Shown here one piece after another: positions 9,793 through 19,661 of a DNA stretch of 64,000 nt (position 1 is the first letter of the stretch; the number at the start of each line of letters is the position of its first letter). This stretch comes from a virus. The stretch is from the IMG/VR virus record IMGVR_UViG_3300021962_000031, one strand, 5' to 3'. The notes under the pieces are model-generated. The model had not been told where the DNA came from. It saw only the letters and a program-made list of their open reading frames with translations, and ran no database searches. The translations under genes and the position numbers were made by a program.

Positions 9793-10115
9793 CGGTTGTC
9801 TCCGCTCCCTTGCAGAGTGCCACGCTCCTTGCGGCTGGTCAGCTTGGCCATGTTGCGCCTAGCCACATCGTCCAATGTAATGCCAAGGTCGGTAGCAAGA
9901 TTAGCGATATACCAAAGAACATCTCCGAGTTCATCGATCAATTGCTCCTTCTTGTCGTCAGTCAACCTTCCACCGTCGTCGCGCAAGGTTTTCTTTACCT
10001 TGTTGCATATTTCGCCCGCTTCGCCAGCCAGTCCGAGGGCCGGGTAGATCACCTTGGCCTCAAGCGGGTAAATGGCTGTTGTGCGGGCTTCCAGTTGATA
10101 ATTGGATAGGCTCAT
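9789..10115 (-). CDS. MazG-like NTP pyrophosphohydrolase
   Basis: GLAGEAGE..NKVKK...ELGDVLWY...N.AKL..R. Confidence 0.9.
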   Translation of the reverse strand: MSLSNYQLEARTTAIYPLEAKVIYPALGLAGEAGEICNKVKKTLRDDGGRLTDDKKEQLIDELGDVLWYIANLATDLGITLDDVARRNMAKLTSRKERGTLQGSGDNR

Positions 10116-10600
10116 GGCTGTTCGACAAGCTCCTTTTGATCCGCGGCGTAAGTCGGGCCGTGACCCAAATCCGTGAGTCGCTCCTGCCGCAAGAGGTCCT
10201 CACTTTTCATAAAGCCCTTGAACTCGTAAGGGCCTGGAAACTCGCCCACAATGAGCGAGTAGACATCTAACCCGGCACACTTTTCTACCTTGCCAGGCAC
10301 AGCCAATAATCGGCCGTTTTTGTATTTGGTTGCCTTCACATCCACCGTTGTCCCGCAATGAAGAGTTGCGTCAAATGCGGGCCGTTCCTCAAGTTGCATG
10401 TCCGGGAAGACATTGACCATTTTGCAGAAGGCAATTTCCGCTGCGATGCCTTCCAAGTCCGTCACCGAACAATCTTGAGGGCCAATCTTGCCATCCTTGG
10501 TGTTCGTTGACCTGTTCTTATCATACCTAGCTTTCGCTAGGAATCTTGCCAGTCTCTGCTCGGCTTCGTTCAATTCGGTTTTTGTTCCGATCTTTAACAC
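10112..10600 (-). CDS. Hypothetical protein, possible PD-(D/E)xK fold
   Basis: AAE...FD...VDVK pattern; coupled to MazG. Confidence 0.5.
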   Translation of the reverse strand: MLKIGTKTELNEAEQRLARFLAKARYDKNRSTNTKDGKIGPQDCSVTDLEGIAAEIAFCKMVNVFPDMQLEERPAFDATLHCGTTVDVKATKYKNGRLLAVPGKVEKCAGLDVYSLIVGEFPGPYEFKGFMKSEDLLRQERLTDLGHGPTYAADQKELVEQP

Positions 10601-10617
10601 GCCGCTACCTCGGAAGA

Positions 10618-11658
10618 TTATATGGGCTGACTATTGGGTTCGTCAACCTTTTCGGTTCTGCCTCCACCAGAACCATAACCAGCCCAGGGTTCCCCCTTGG
10701 CGTACTTCGCAACAACTTTGTCTAAGCCAAGCTGGAGAATCTCGTTTCGATAATGATTGCAGGTGGACAGACCCGTCTCCGGGTGTTCATCTTTGTAGAA
10801 GGAGCAGAGGCGGCTGCACTTCCAGTTGTTAGGGTCGCGGTCGAGTATGCGGGAGGGGAACTGATCGTCTTTGATCTTCTCAAATTCCTTGCGGATCATG
10901 TCTAGGGTTTCGGGCAAATCCGAACGCTGCATACACAAACTAAAAGGACCACCGTCCTGGACAAAGAAAATCGTCATCAGGATTTCGTCTTTGGGATAAA
11001 GATGGCACAAAGCATAGTGATAAAGCCGCAGCTGGAAGTCGGAATACATGTCGTCGTATTCTTTGACTTTGTCCTTGGCCCAATCCCGCCGTTTACCCGT
11101 CTTCCAGTCGATGTATTCAATCAGACCGGGCCGGATGCGAGTCACAAGGTCCATAGTGCCGCGCAGGATAAGATTGCCCTGGTAGGTACGACCATCGGGG
11201 AGAGTGTAATCGTACTGCGCCCACGGCTCCTTGATCTCAATCTCAAAATATTCCTCGGGCATGACAACCTGACGGTTGACTGGGCTGAACATGCCATCAT
11301 TGAAAAGCAGCACATCCCAGGTCCATTGTTCGCATTTCTTGCGGTCGCCCTTGGTCCAAGGGTGGACGCTGCGTTCCGGGTTGGTGTAATGATTCCAGCC
11401 CGCCTCGATAGCCAACTCCGGGGTGAAAGTGGCCGTGTCAAACTCCATCGCCACTTCAGGGTCGGAAAAAGTCTTTTCCTTGTTCTGGTGAGCCAGCTTC
11501 TTGCGGGCCAGCAATTCCAGCGCCTTATGGACAATATTGCCACTCTCGGCCTTTTTGCCCGAAGGTTCCTTGTGGCCAAGGTTGGATGTGAGAAAAAACT
11601 TGTGGGGGCACCACCCGTAAGAACCCACAGAGCTAGACCGTAAAAAAGTGACGATCAA
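10618..11658 (-). CDS. Cas4/RecB-like PD-(D/E)xK exonuclease
   Basis: N-terminal CP, GNIVH, RGTMD, DWKTG, QLRLY, C-terminal C..LC...C. Confidence 0.85.
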   Translation of the reverse strand: MIVTFLRSSSVGSYGWCPHKFFLTSNLGHKEPSGKKAESGNIVHKALELLARKKLAHQNKEKTFSDPEVAMEFDTATFTPELAIEAGWNHYTNPERSVHPWTKGDRKKCEQWTWDVLLFNDGMFSPVNRQVVMPEEYFEIEIKEPWAQYDYTLPDGRTYQGNLILRGTMDLVTRIRPGLIEYIDWKTGKRRDWAKDKVKEYDDMYSDFQLRLYHYALCHLYPKDEILMTIFFVQDGGPFSLCMQRSDLPETLDMIRKEFEKIKDDQFPSRILDRDPNNWKCSRLCSFYKDEHPETGLSTCNHYRNEILQLGLDKVVAKYAKGEPWAGYGSGGGRTEKVDEPNSQPI

Positions 11659-12272
11659 CGACTCGCCCTCCGCAGATATTTAATCGTGGCATCAAGCTGC
11701 TCGTGGCGCGTCATGCCGGTATTGTCAACCAAAGCTTTGAATGGATAAGTCTCAAGAGAGGTTTCGCTGGAGTGAGAATCTCCGCTTATACCTCTGGTTA
11801 AACCGACCACCCACCCGCCTTCTTCCTCAATCGCCTCGCACTCGTTGGGAAAACGCAAATCGGCGACAACAGAGAGAACCTGGCCATCCTGGGCCTCCTC
11901 GTATTCCGCAATGGCATTCAAGGTGGCGTTGATGTGAACTTTCGCAATCATTTTGCGCAAAATATCCGTGCCAAAATATTGCAAGACTTCACGCACTCTC
12001 ATGTTGCCGAAAGGTCGCGGCTCTTCCATGAGAGAATAGGTCGGCATGTTTTCCCAAAAAAAATGACTATACCGCTCTTTGTCTTCTTGGGTTCCGTAAA
12101 CCAATTCGGCTGGAAGACCCAGTAGTTTTACGGATACTTCTTTCAAGGTGTCGGCAAAATGAAAAACTCTACCACCCACAAAGTAGGGATTGATCCAATG
12201 GCGATGCTCAACCAAATCTTTGGCTAAAGTATCTTTACCCGCTCCTTTTTTGCCAGCAATTCCGACCAACAT
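11655..12272 (-). CDS. Deoxynucleoside monophosphate kinase
   Basis: GKKGAGKDT, FADTLK, REVLQYFGTD, DLRFPNE, HSSE. Confidence 0.9.
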   Translation of the reverse strand: MLVGIAGKKGAGKDTLAKDLVEHRHWINPYFVGGRVFHFADTLKEVSVKLLGLPAELVYGTQEDKERYSHFFWENMPTYSLMEEPRPFGNMRVREVLQYFGTDILRKMIAKVHINATLNAIAEYEEAQDGQVLSVVADLRFPNECEAIEEEGGWVVGLTRGISGDSHSSETSLETYPFKALVDNTGMTRHEQLDATIKYLRRASR

Positions 12273-13402
12273 TATTTCAATCTCCCTAAGACCTGCTTCA
12301 CTTCGTCGGCGGTGAGGTCGCCCGGATCACGACCTTGGCCTGGACTAACGGTCTGAACTCGAAATGATCGCGCAAGTTGTCCGACTATCTTCTGAGATGC
12401 TAGTTGTCCAGCCTCATCATCGTCAAGTAAAACAACTACGCGATTTGCCCCAGAAGATTCTAACAGAACTTGCTGTGCATCACTCAATGAAACACCCAAT
12501 ATTGCAACTGCGTTGTGATAACCAGCTTCCCACAATCTCCAAACATCGCAGGGTCCCTCAACGAGAATGATCGTGCCATTCCTGCGGGCGTCTCGGAAAG
12601 CAGTGAATTGGTTGTACAAAACACGCGATCTCGAAAAACCTGCCGTGTGCATCCATTTGGGCTGAGAGTTGTTGAGAGTGCGTCCAGAAAAACCCAATGC
12701 CATTCGACCAGCATGATCATAAATCGGTACTACGGCACGGTTTGCGAATGGCCCTTTAAAAGTGTCTCCAACATCAAAATGCTCAAGCACTTCTCTGCTG
12801 AATTTCCGATCAAGGAAAAAATTGCTGGGCAGCACATCCATGCGTGAACGTACCTGTTCTCGCGACCACTTACCTACGGGGCCGCTTTCCACGCAAAGAA
12901 CACGAGCCTGGCTTACGAATTCCCTTTGGGATTTGTCGATAGATGGAAGTGGGTCGCCCCCCTTCAAACCGAGCAGGGTTTTAATGAATTTTTCAGTTTC
13001 TGAAACGCTAGCAATTTGGTTGCCCTCTGTTGACCAGCCATAACGCTGACGAGAAAGGGCACCACGGACAAACCCAAATGTGTCATCACGAAAAACCTTT
13101 TCGCAACCCCTAGTAAAACATTGCCAGTAGCCCATGGAAGCGTTGTAGTAAATCCGACAACCTGCCGGATTGTCACCACCATGAACTGGGCAGGGGGCGA
13201 AAAACGAGTTTTCTGCGGGTCTATAGTCGAGGCCCAGATTGTCGAGGACTGTCTCCAAACGCTGAGTCGCAAGACTAGCCAATCTGCGAAGACGCTCAAA
13301 ATTCTGCGGTGTCCTTGGTGGAACCATCGAAACCTGACTTTGGTCCCCGCCCACGGAGGATGGCGTTGCGTGTCGGCCCCTCTTTGAGTCTGCCATATTC
13401 AT
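12272..13402 (-). CDS. dnaG: DNA primase (CHC2 zinc finger + TOPRIM)
   Basis: CPVH...C..C, FSGR, VEGPCD, DDDEAG, DPGD. The real start may be MVPPR near 13327. Confidence 0.9.
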   Translation of the reverse strand: MNMADSKRGRHATPSSVGGDQSQVSMVPPRTPQNFERLRRLASLATQRLETVLDNLGLDYRPAENSFFAPCPVHGGDNPAGCRIYYNASMGYWQCFTRGCEKVFRDDTFGFVRGALSRQRYGWSTEGNQIASVSETEKFIKTLLGLKGGDPLPSIDKSQREFVSQARVLCVESGPVGKWSREQVRSRMDVLPSNFFLDRKFSREVLEHFDVGDTFKGPFANRAVVPIYDHAGRMALGFSGRTLNNSQPKWMHTAGFSRSRVLYNQFTAFRDARRNGTIILVEGPCDVWRLWEAGYHNAVAILGVSLSDAQQVLLESSGANRVVVLLDDDEAGQLASQKIVGQLARSFRVQTVSPGQGRDPGDLTADEVKQVLGRLK

Positions 13403-14774
13403 ACTGCCCCTGGATGTTGATGTAATCGCCCGAATCCAAACCCTTGCCGTGACGCGTCACAACTGGAATCAGTTTCAGGTTGTAGCGCACACCGTCCGGC
13501 CCCACCCCTTCTTCGGCCATCTCCTCCTGACTTTTCCACTTGTAAATGGAAAAATTTGAACAAAGCCAGATGATTCGATCTGACCCCGAAGCCGTCGATG
13601 TATCTTCGGCATTGATGCCGTCCCGATTAAGTTGGACGAACGCCAACACAGGAACCTGATAACGAACTGCAAAGTTGTGCAGGTTTGTCATCAGAAAACC
13701 AAGCACCTGGAATTCCGACAGGTTTTTGGTGATCGACCTGTCATCCATAAGCTTGATGTAGTCGAACACGATCATGCAGGGCTTTGTCTGACCAGACTCA
13801 TCAAAGCCCACATGGCGATACAACCAACGACGCATGGTGCCAAGAGTTTCCTCAAACGGCTGGCCCGCAATCGAAGCGTAATGGTACGGAACAGTCTTGA
13901 GTTTTTCCTTGGCGTTATAGACTGCCTTCGACTTCACCTCGTCGGCGCCAAATTTGCCGGTTTTGATCTCATCCACCGTGACATTGGACATGTTGGCCAA
14001 CATCCGATGCCAATGTTCTTTGGCCGACATTTCCGTGTCGAGGTTGAGGACAGGAATACCCAGTTTGGCGATATGCAAAGCGATATTGTCAGCCAGCTGA
14101 GTCTTGCCGGTCTTGGGGCGGGCACCGATCACATTGACCGTGCCCTTCTGGAAACCACCACCAATGGCTGCGTCATATTGAGGCAGTCCCGAAGGAATTC
14201 CCATAACCTCGGACGGATTCGCAGCCAGATAGTCAATGTATTCATCCAAATCTTTGGAGATGTGGCTGAGGTTCTCAGACTGGTTGCCCAAATTGCCGAC
14301 GAAGTTAAAAACAGCCTCTTCACCAATCCCCAGGATTTCTCCAAGGGTTTCGTCCCCAGAAATGCTAGACAGCTTTTCTGCCGACTCTCGCATGACCTCG
14401 CTAAATTCATTGGCCTTATGTAGCTTGACCAAACGCGCAGCCAGCTTACGAAGGTTGGACGGTTCTACGGGAGTGACCGTCAAGGCCCGCAAATACTTTT
14501 GTTCTTCGGGGTTCTTGAAGATGTCAGCAAACCCCAGAGTCCCAGCCGCCGACAGAATGGAGGGGACATCGGCCTTGGAGCCGGGATCAGATAAGACTTT
14601 CTCCAGGCATCGATAATAAACAGCATTGGAGCCACAGGTAAAACAGTCTGCGGACAAGACATCGGAGATGTCCACCCATGCCTCATGACCACCTTTGAGG
14701 AGGGCTGCCAGAACCGCTCTCTCCGCTGCCGGGTCCTGATTCATCGCCCCCTCCCCCTCATGCACCCTGGGCAC
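13296..14774 (-). CDS. dnaB: Replicative DnaB-family helicase
   Basis: AERAVL, GARPKTGKT, TEMS, FDYIKL, QLNR, RHG. Confidence 0.93.
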   Translation of the reverse strand: MPRVHEGEGAMNQDPAAERAVLAALLKGGHEAWVDISDVLSADCFTCGSNAVYYRCLEKVLSDPGSKADVPSILSAAGTLGFADIFKNPEEQKYLRALTVTPVEPSNLRKLAARLVKLHKANEFSEVMRESAEKLSSISGDETLGEILGIGEEAVFNFVGNLGNQSENLSHISKDLDEYIDYLAANPSEVMGIPSGLPQYDAAIGGGFQKGTVNVIGARPKTGKTQLADNIALHIAKLGIPVLNLDTEMSAKEHWHRMLANMSNVTVDEIKTGKFGADEVKSKAVYNAKEKLKTVPYHYASIAGQPFEETLGTMRRWLYRHVGFDESGQTKPCMIVFDYIKLMDDRSITKNLSEFQVLGFLMTNLHNFAVRYQVPVLAFVQLNRDGINAEDTSTASGSDRIIWLCSNFSIYKWKSQEEMAEEGVGPDGVRYNLKLIPVVTRHGKGLDSGDYINIQGQYEYGRLKEGPTRNAILRGRGPKSGFDGSTKDTAEF

Positions 14775-15151
14775 ATCAGTCCCGAATCAATGTCCCGACG
14801 CATGGCTACTTCGATAGCCGGGACAGAATGCTTCCCACCGCACTTGGGGCAGACAACATCAACAGGCTTGCGGTTTTGGGATGGGGGTCGTCGAGTCGAG
14901 GGTTTGACTTTCTTTAGGATTTTCTTATCGCTGGCGACATGGCCTTTTTCCAAGGTCAAATCATCTTTGAATTTGTTGACAAAACCAGAAGCTGGTTCGG
15001 TAGCAACTGGGGTTTTTCTTTTAGCCTTGGTTTTTGTTTCCGGCTGAGCCTGGCCACTACCAGCTAACAACTGGGCAGTTTGGGCAACCTTGGCCCAATC
15101 TTCCGAGGCCATCGCCATTGCCATCTGTTTGAGCAAATCTTTCTCTGTCAT
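14741..15151 (-). CDS. Hypothetical protein with C-terminal zinc ribbon
   Basis: CPKC...CPGC. Confidence 0.6.
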   Translation of the reverse strand: MTEKDLLKQMAMAMASEDWAKVAQTAQLLAGSGQAQPETKTKAKRKTPVATEPASGFVNKFKDDLTLEKGHVASDKKILKKVKPSTRRPPSQNRKPVDVVCPKCGGKHSVPAIEVAMRRDIDSGLMCPGCMRGRGR

Positions 15152-15621
15152 AGCGATCTCCTCTTCGTTGCGGCCAAGGAAGCAAACATATCTGCGACCT
15201 TTTCTAAACGCAAGGCAAGATAATCAATTCTTTCCAATCTACAAACCAATGTAACTTCCTGGCGTTTTAAATTGCTGGCAAAATCATCTTCCTGAATGGC
15301 CAGCGCCATGCGCTCGTCGGGGGAGTTGTATCTGTAATTGGCGGTCTTGCTGGCCACGCACTTGAGTATGGCTTCGTTGCAGTATTTGATTTTGGCCTTG
15401 AGCTTATTGCAGGCCTTGGCCACATGGAACGCCAAGCTCGTCAACAGAACAGCAGCCTCGTTGCACTCTTCAGCCGACATGTGATTAAGTTCATGATGAG
15501 ACAGATTCAGGTAGCGCATTGCTCCCTGATCGTCTTGTGGAAATACCGTTTTTTCGTATTCATCCAGGGCCTCATCGACCTTTTTTGATGATTCGCTCAT
15601 TGCCGTAATTTCTCCTCCCAC
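15148..15621 (-). CDS. Hypothetical helical protein (UvsY-like mediator possible)
   Basis: Helical ORF of about 150 aa between RecA and helicase; function inferred from context only. Confidence 0.45.
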   Translation of the reverse strand: MGGEITAMSESSKKVDEALDEYEKTVFPQDDQGAMRYLNLSHHELNHMSAEECNEAAVLLTSLAFHVAKACNKLKAKIKYCNEAILKCVASKTANYRYNSPDERMALAIQEDDFASNLKRQEVTLVCRLERIDYLALRLEKVADMFASLAATKRRSL

Positions 15622-16001
15622 TCTTCTTCCGTCCCGTTATAAGCCAGTTCAATAACCTCAAGGCCATTTAGCTCACACCATTCAAGCTTCTTTTTGTCCC
15701 TTTGCTTGGACTGAAGAAATCCCATTGGCGTGCCGTGAAAATGGGCCACAAAACGATAATGTTGTTCGCCGTGAGCTTCTACTACCAGCTTCCGCAATGG
15801 CAGAAAAAAATCCACGCGCAAACCATCGGAACCAGGGAGACCGACCTCTTCCATGATGCGATCCACCGGATAGACTTTTCGCAAAACATTTCGGACTTTG
15901 GCATGCAGGCCAGAGCGGAGAGGGGCATCCTCCCCGCCTGTGTGCGAACGCCCGGAGAAGGACCATGTGTAGGTTCTTCCGTCTAGCCCTCTGACTTTCA
16001 T
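15597..16001 (-). CDS. DUF559/Vsr-like PD-(D/E)xK endonuclease
   Basis: LRVDFF...VEAHGEQHY...RDKKKLEWCELNG. Start MKVRG overlaps the RecA stop. Confidence 0.75.
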   Translation of the reverse strand: MKVRGLDGRTYTWSFSGRSHTGGEDAPLRSGLHAKVRNVLRKVYPVDRIMEEVGLPGSDGLRVDFFLPLRKLVVEAHGEQHYRFVAHFHGTPMGFLQSKQRDKKKLEWCELNGLEVIELAYNGTEEEWEEKLRQ

Positions 16002-18097
16002 GCGGGCTTGAGCATTCCGTTGATATCGGCCACGAGTGCGGCGATCCAAGTGGGGTTGTCCTGAAGCAGTTTGTACAGCTTCTCGGCCCCCTGGCATTTG
16101 ACCCGCTTGATCGACTCATCGTTCCACTTATCAACCCCCATAAGGTCGAGGTGGCTCTGCATGAATTCGCAAGTCATCCATGCTCCGGCCTTGTTGATCA
16201 GACCCAGCTGAGTGCCTAAGTTGATCGCCTCATAAACATGGTCAACGCCAGTTCCGTAGCGGATGTAGCTGTCCACTTCCATGCCTGGCGGGCCGAGAGC
16301 GCAGGATTCAATCAGCCAGTGAACCTGTTGGCCGATCTGCTTCTCGTTGCCGGAAGCTCCCACCTTCCACGGACGGTCAAATTTCACCCGAAGTTGCACA
16401 TCGGCCTGATATTTCAGGGTCATCGACCCCTTCTCCTGCCAACCGCCATAGCCGGACTGGGACTGAGTCAGGTGCATGATCGCCCACACCAGCGTGTTCT
16501 GCATGGGGACAATATTTGCTGCTTGACGGCAGAATCCGGCGAACTTTTTGTTGCCAGCCCCGCGATTCTCGTACCCGATTCCCTCGTCCAATTCCTTTTC
16601 ATCGCACAGAGCAGAAACCGAGTCGATGATGATGAGACAGCCTGGGTGAGTTTTAATGCACTTGAGCGCCAACGTGAGGAAGTCGCCAGCCGTTAGAATC
16701 CGCTCGGGAGTGCTTTGGAAGACCGTGACCTTGTCCAGGTTCAGGCCTGCCGTACCCTTGAGGTTCATCGGCTTGAGGCGCCCCTCAATATTCAGGTAAT
16801 AAACATGCCGGCCACCATACTCAGGCTTCTGGCATTGAGCAGCAAAAGATAGGGCGGTGGAAGTGTTGTGGGTGACGATGAAGTTGTCTGTCAAATATAG
16901 GCCGTCTTCACGGTAAACCTTGATGCAAACAGACTCTTCGTCCCGCACATAATCAATGGCCACGATCTTGCGGGTAAGGGGTTTTTTCATCCGTATTTTG
17001 GCCCGGCTCTTTTTGCGGGGCAAACGGAAAAGTATAGAGGCATCGTTGATGCGGATGTGGCAACGGAACGAGCGGAACAGCTTGCCTTTATAGATGCGTC
17101 GGACAGGACGCACCACACACAAGCCGCCGACCGACTGAACCAGCCATTTGACCTGATCAGCCAAGCGTGCCGAAACAGTAGAAAATTCTACCGAACCACC
17201 TTCACTGATCGTTCCATCGGTATCCATCAAGCCTTGCAGAACAGCCAGGCGAACTTCCGAGGAATTGTACAGATAGCAGTCAGGAACATGCTTGGTGTGG
17301 GCATGTCTGCCAATCAACCCGAGGCGCTTAAGGGCAGACTTCAACTGCCTAGCCCCCGTCAAGCTGTACTCGTGATTGCGATTTCTTTTGAGGTTCACTT
17401 CACAGTTGGCATGATCTGCCACGGCAACTGCCAATTCCCTATCTATGCCGGAAAAACTCAATTGGGTTTGGGTCATAGAACCATTGCCCAGCATCAACCC
17501 AACCACATAAGGATGGACGGGGACGGGGCGACTATTGAAGGAAACCGGATTAGGCAAGCGCACAGACCATTTAGGTCGATGTCCCCACCTATTGTTTTTT
17601 TCCTTGTAGTAAATATCGTCTTTAAAGTCTTTGAGAGCAATTACTTGGGGGCCTTTGCGACAACGAGCGGATACTTCCCAAAGGTGATCCAGCCCACATT
17701 CTGCGCTGTCTCCGTTATCAAAAGTGACTCGATAAACAGCTTTGACTCCTTGAGGAAAAACGCCGACAACAGAAGTGACAGACCCATCTGGATGACAGAT
17801 GGCATCGCCAACAGCCAGATCGCCAATTTTGCGCGGCCCAGTAGGAGTGTAAACGGTTGCGGACACGGGCTGTTCTTTGCCAGTTTTGGGCTGGCCGGAG
17901 CAGGTAATCCACGAACCTTCAGGAATGCCGCCATGTAAACCGACGTCCAGAGCAGGACTGAGCGGAATGACCATCTTCTCGTCGTCGATAAGATCGCGGG
18001 CCGATACCGCCACCCCTTCGCCGTATTCCTTTGTCAGTTCCTTCTGGAGTTGCGCTTCCTCGGTAGCTGCTGACTTCTTATCCTTACTCACGCTCAA
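15998..18097 (-). CDS. recA: RecA/UvsX recombinase containing an intein
   Basis: LDVGLHGGIP, Walker A GQPKTGK|TS interrupted by the intein, IIIDSVSAL, YGTGVD, KAGAW. Confidence 0.92.
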   Translation of the reverse strand: MSVSKDKKSAATEEAQLQKELTKEYGEGVAVSARDLIDDEKMVIPLSPALDVGLHGGIPEGSWITCSGQPKTGKEQPVSATVYTPTGPRKIGDLAVGDAICHPDGSVTSVVGVFPQGVKAVYRVTFDNGDSAECGLDHLWEVSARCRKGPQVIALKDFKDDIYYKEKNNRWGHRPKWSVRLPNPVSFNSRPVPVHPYVVGLMLGNGSMTQTQLSFSGIDRELAVAVADHANCEVNLKRNRNHEYSLTGARQLKSALKRLGLIGRHAHTKHVPDCYLYNSSEVRLAVLQGLMDTDGTISEGGSVEFSTVSARLADQVKWLVQSVGGLCVVRPVRRIYKGKLFRSFRCHIRINDASILFRLPRKKSRAKIRMKKPLTRKIVAIDYVRDEESVCIKVYREDGLYLTDNFIVTHNTSTALSFAAQCQKPEYGGRHVYYLNIEGRLKPMNLKGTAGLNLDKVTVFQSTPERILTAGDFLTLALKCIKTHPGCLIIIDSVSALCDEKELDEGIGYENRGAGNKKFAGFCRQAANIVPMQNTLVWAIMHLTQSQSGYGGWQEKGSMTLKYQADVQLRVKFDRPWKVGASGNEKQIGQQVHWLIESCALGPPGMEVDSYIRYGTGVDHVYEAINLGTQLGLINKAGAWMTCEFMQSHLDLMGVDKWNDESIKRVKCQGAEKLYKLLQDNPTWIAALVADINGMLKPA
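16865..17875 (-). mobile_element. 337-aa class-3-type intein with LAGLIDADG homing endonuclease
   Basis: Starts EQPVSATVYTPTG; block B DHLW; GLMLGNG and GLMDTDG; block F VCIKV; ends VTHN|T. Confidence 0.9.
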
Positions 18098-18539
18098 GGT
18101 CCTCCAACTTACTCTTCAACGAACGACGAGGAACGAAGGCGGGCCGGGGTGTGGTCGTCTCCGTTTTTGTTTCAGGTGGGGGCGGTGGGGGTGCCGCCGC
18201 TAAGCTGGCCATTTCAGCGTCATACTTTTCCTGTTCCCGGGCTATGACATCCTTAAGAAATGGGGCGCCAAACGAAAAAGCCTTTTGTCCGTCCTTGGAC
18301 CGGATAGCCCTGGACAGAACAGTAGGTGAATGTTTTTCCAGCAGTTTGACAGCCAGGCGCAACTGCAACAAGAAAACCTTGTTCCAGCGAGGCAAATCCC
18401 AAAACTTGGCAGGTAAAGAGGTTTTTTCCTTGGCTGCCTGCCGCTCACACATTACTTCGGCTAGTATCTGCTGGGGCGTGACGAAACCCCCGCCGTAACG
18501 GCTCGGATAACGACTGTGTTCCGTTTCCTGCTTTGCCAT
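18084..18539 (-). CDS. Hypothetical protein
   Basis: 151-aa ORF overlapping the RecA start; Pro-rich linker. Confidence 0.65.
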   Translation of the reverse strand: MAKQETEHSRYPSRYGGGFVTPQQILAEVMCERQAAKEKTSLPAKFWDLPRWNKVFLLQLRLAVKLLEKHSPTVLSRAIRSKDGQKAFSFGAPFLKDVIAREQEKYDAEMASLAAAPPPPPPETKTETTTPRPAFVPRRSLKSKLEDLERE

Positions 18540-18574
18540 ACCTCTGAAACCCCTCAGAGAATATATGGCTTTAC

Positions 18575-18985
18575 CTAGTTGATTATCAAGGATGTTCCGA
18601 CAGTTTCTTTGTCAGCACGATTACGCTGATCAGAATTGACAACCAAAAGCTCGGGAACCACCACGGTAGAAGTGTGGACGGTTTCTCCATCGTCATCTAA
18701 ATGACCAAGAATGAACAGGTTGTATTGCTGAATGTTCGCCGACAGGGAGGCGCCCACCCCAGGCCTAAAGAAGTAACCCTTTGCGTCTCTTGGACTTACT
18801 TCAAGTCTGGATGAACGAAAACGCACACATACTGCCGTAATCTTGTCGTCTAGGCTGGCAATATTTGCCCAGTCTTCATTGGTGCCTTCCACGGTTACGA
18901 AATTCCCGCTGGCCATTTCAACCAGGAGAAAAGCGCAGTCCATGGGGGCTGCCGAAAGAACTTGAGCTAATGTGCCGTATTTCAC
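18575..18985 (-). CDS. Hypothetical protein
   Basis: ORF with 4-nt overlap in the operon chain. Confidence 0.6.
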   Translation of the reverse strand: MKYGTLAQVLSAAPMDCAFLLVEMASGNFVTVEGTNEDWANIASLDDKITAVCVRFRSSRLEVSPRDAKGYFFRPGVGASLSANIQQYNLFILGHLDDDGETVHTSTVVVPELLVVNSDQRNRADKETVGTSLIIN

Positions 18986-19296
18986 TTTCGATTGCCCGTG
19001 TAAATATCCTTGGCGTAACGGCCAAGAAAATCATTACCAGCTCGGGTGGCTTTGCCATGCTCATCGCCCTCAATGGCGGCGGCTTCGGTCATGACAGTCA
19101 CGCCTTGGGCGGGGCGACCAAATTTGCCAGGCGAGTTTGCCTTGGCTCGTCGATAAGCCTCGGCAATCTGGTCGGGATGACAACCCAAATCCTCGGCGAT
19201 TTCGCCCACGCTCTTCAGTCCGGCCAGCGATTCAATGTAGTAATGCTCGGCCTTGGTAAGATTCTTGGGTTCTAGCTTCTTCTTCGCCATTGTCAC
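18982..19296 (-). CDS. Small HTH-like protein
   Basis: LTKAE...SVGEIAEDLGCHPDQI. Confidence 0.55.
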   Translation of the reverse strand: MTMAKKKLEPKNLTKAEHYYIESLAGLKSVGEIAEDLGCHPDQIAEAYRRAKANSPGKFGRPAQGVTVMTEAAAIEGDEHGKATRAGNDFLGRYAKDIYTGNRK

Positions 19297-19661
19297 GCCC
19301 TCTGAGCCATCCGCAAAAGCGCGGCATTGCCCGTTTTCAGAAATTCCACATAGCTATCAAAAGACGACTTACCGACTTCTCGCCAACTGAAACGCATCTT
19401 GCCGGTGTGACTGTCGAAGCGAATCAAGTCATCGTGGTGGTGGGCGGCTGGGTTGTAAAACAGACCGGTATCCAATCCTCGAGTGCAGACTCGGACTTCA
19501 AATTTTTGCAGCCCGGTTTTTTCGTGAACGGTGACGCGGGCCACACAGCCGTGACTGTCAGGCTCGATGACCCCACCCTTCTTGTCGTAGGCGACAACAT
19601 CAACAGGATTGGCTTTTTGGGCCAAAAATTTCTTGGCGTCATCGGCGATCCTGCCCATCAC
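19293..19661 (-). CDS. Hypothetical protein
   Basis: ATGA-coupled ORF. Confidence 0.6.
   Translation of the reverse strand: MMGRIADDAKKFLAQKANPVDVVAYDKKGGVIEPDSHGCVARVTVHEKTGLQKFEVRVCTRGLDTGLFYNPAAHHHDDLIRFDSHTGKMRFSWREVGKSSFDSYVEFLKTGNAALLRMAQRA

Noticed and set aside
10618-11658. Cas4 as evidence of a CRISPR-Cas system
   Set aside because: No array or other cas genes seen; stand-alone Cas4-like nucleases are common in phage replication blocks.
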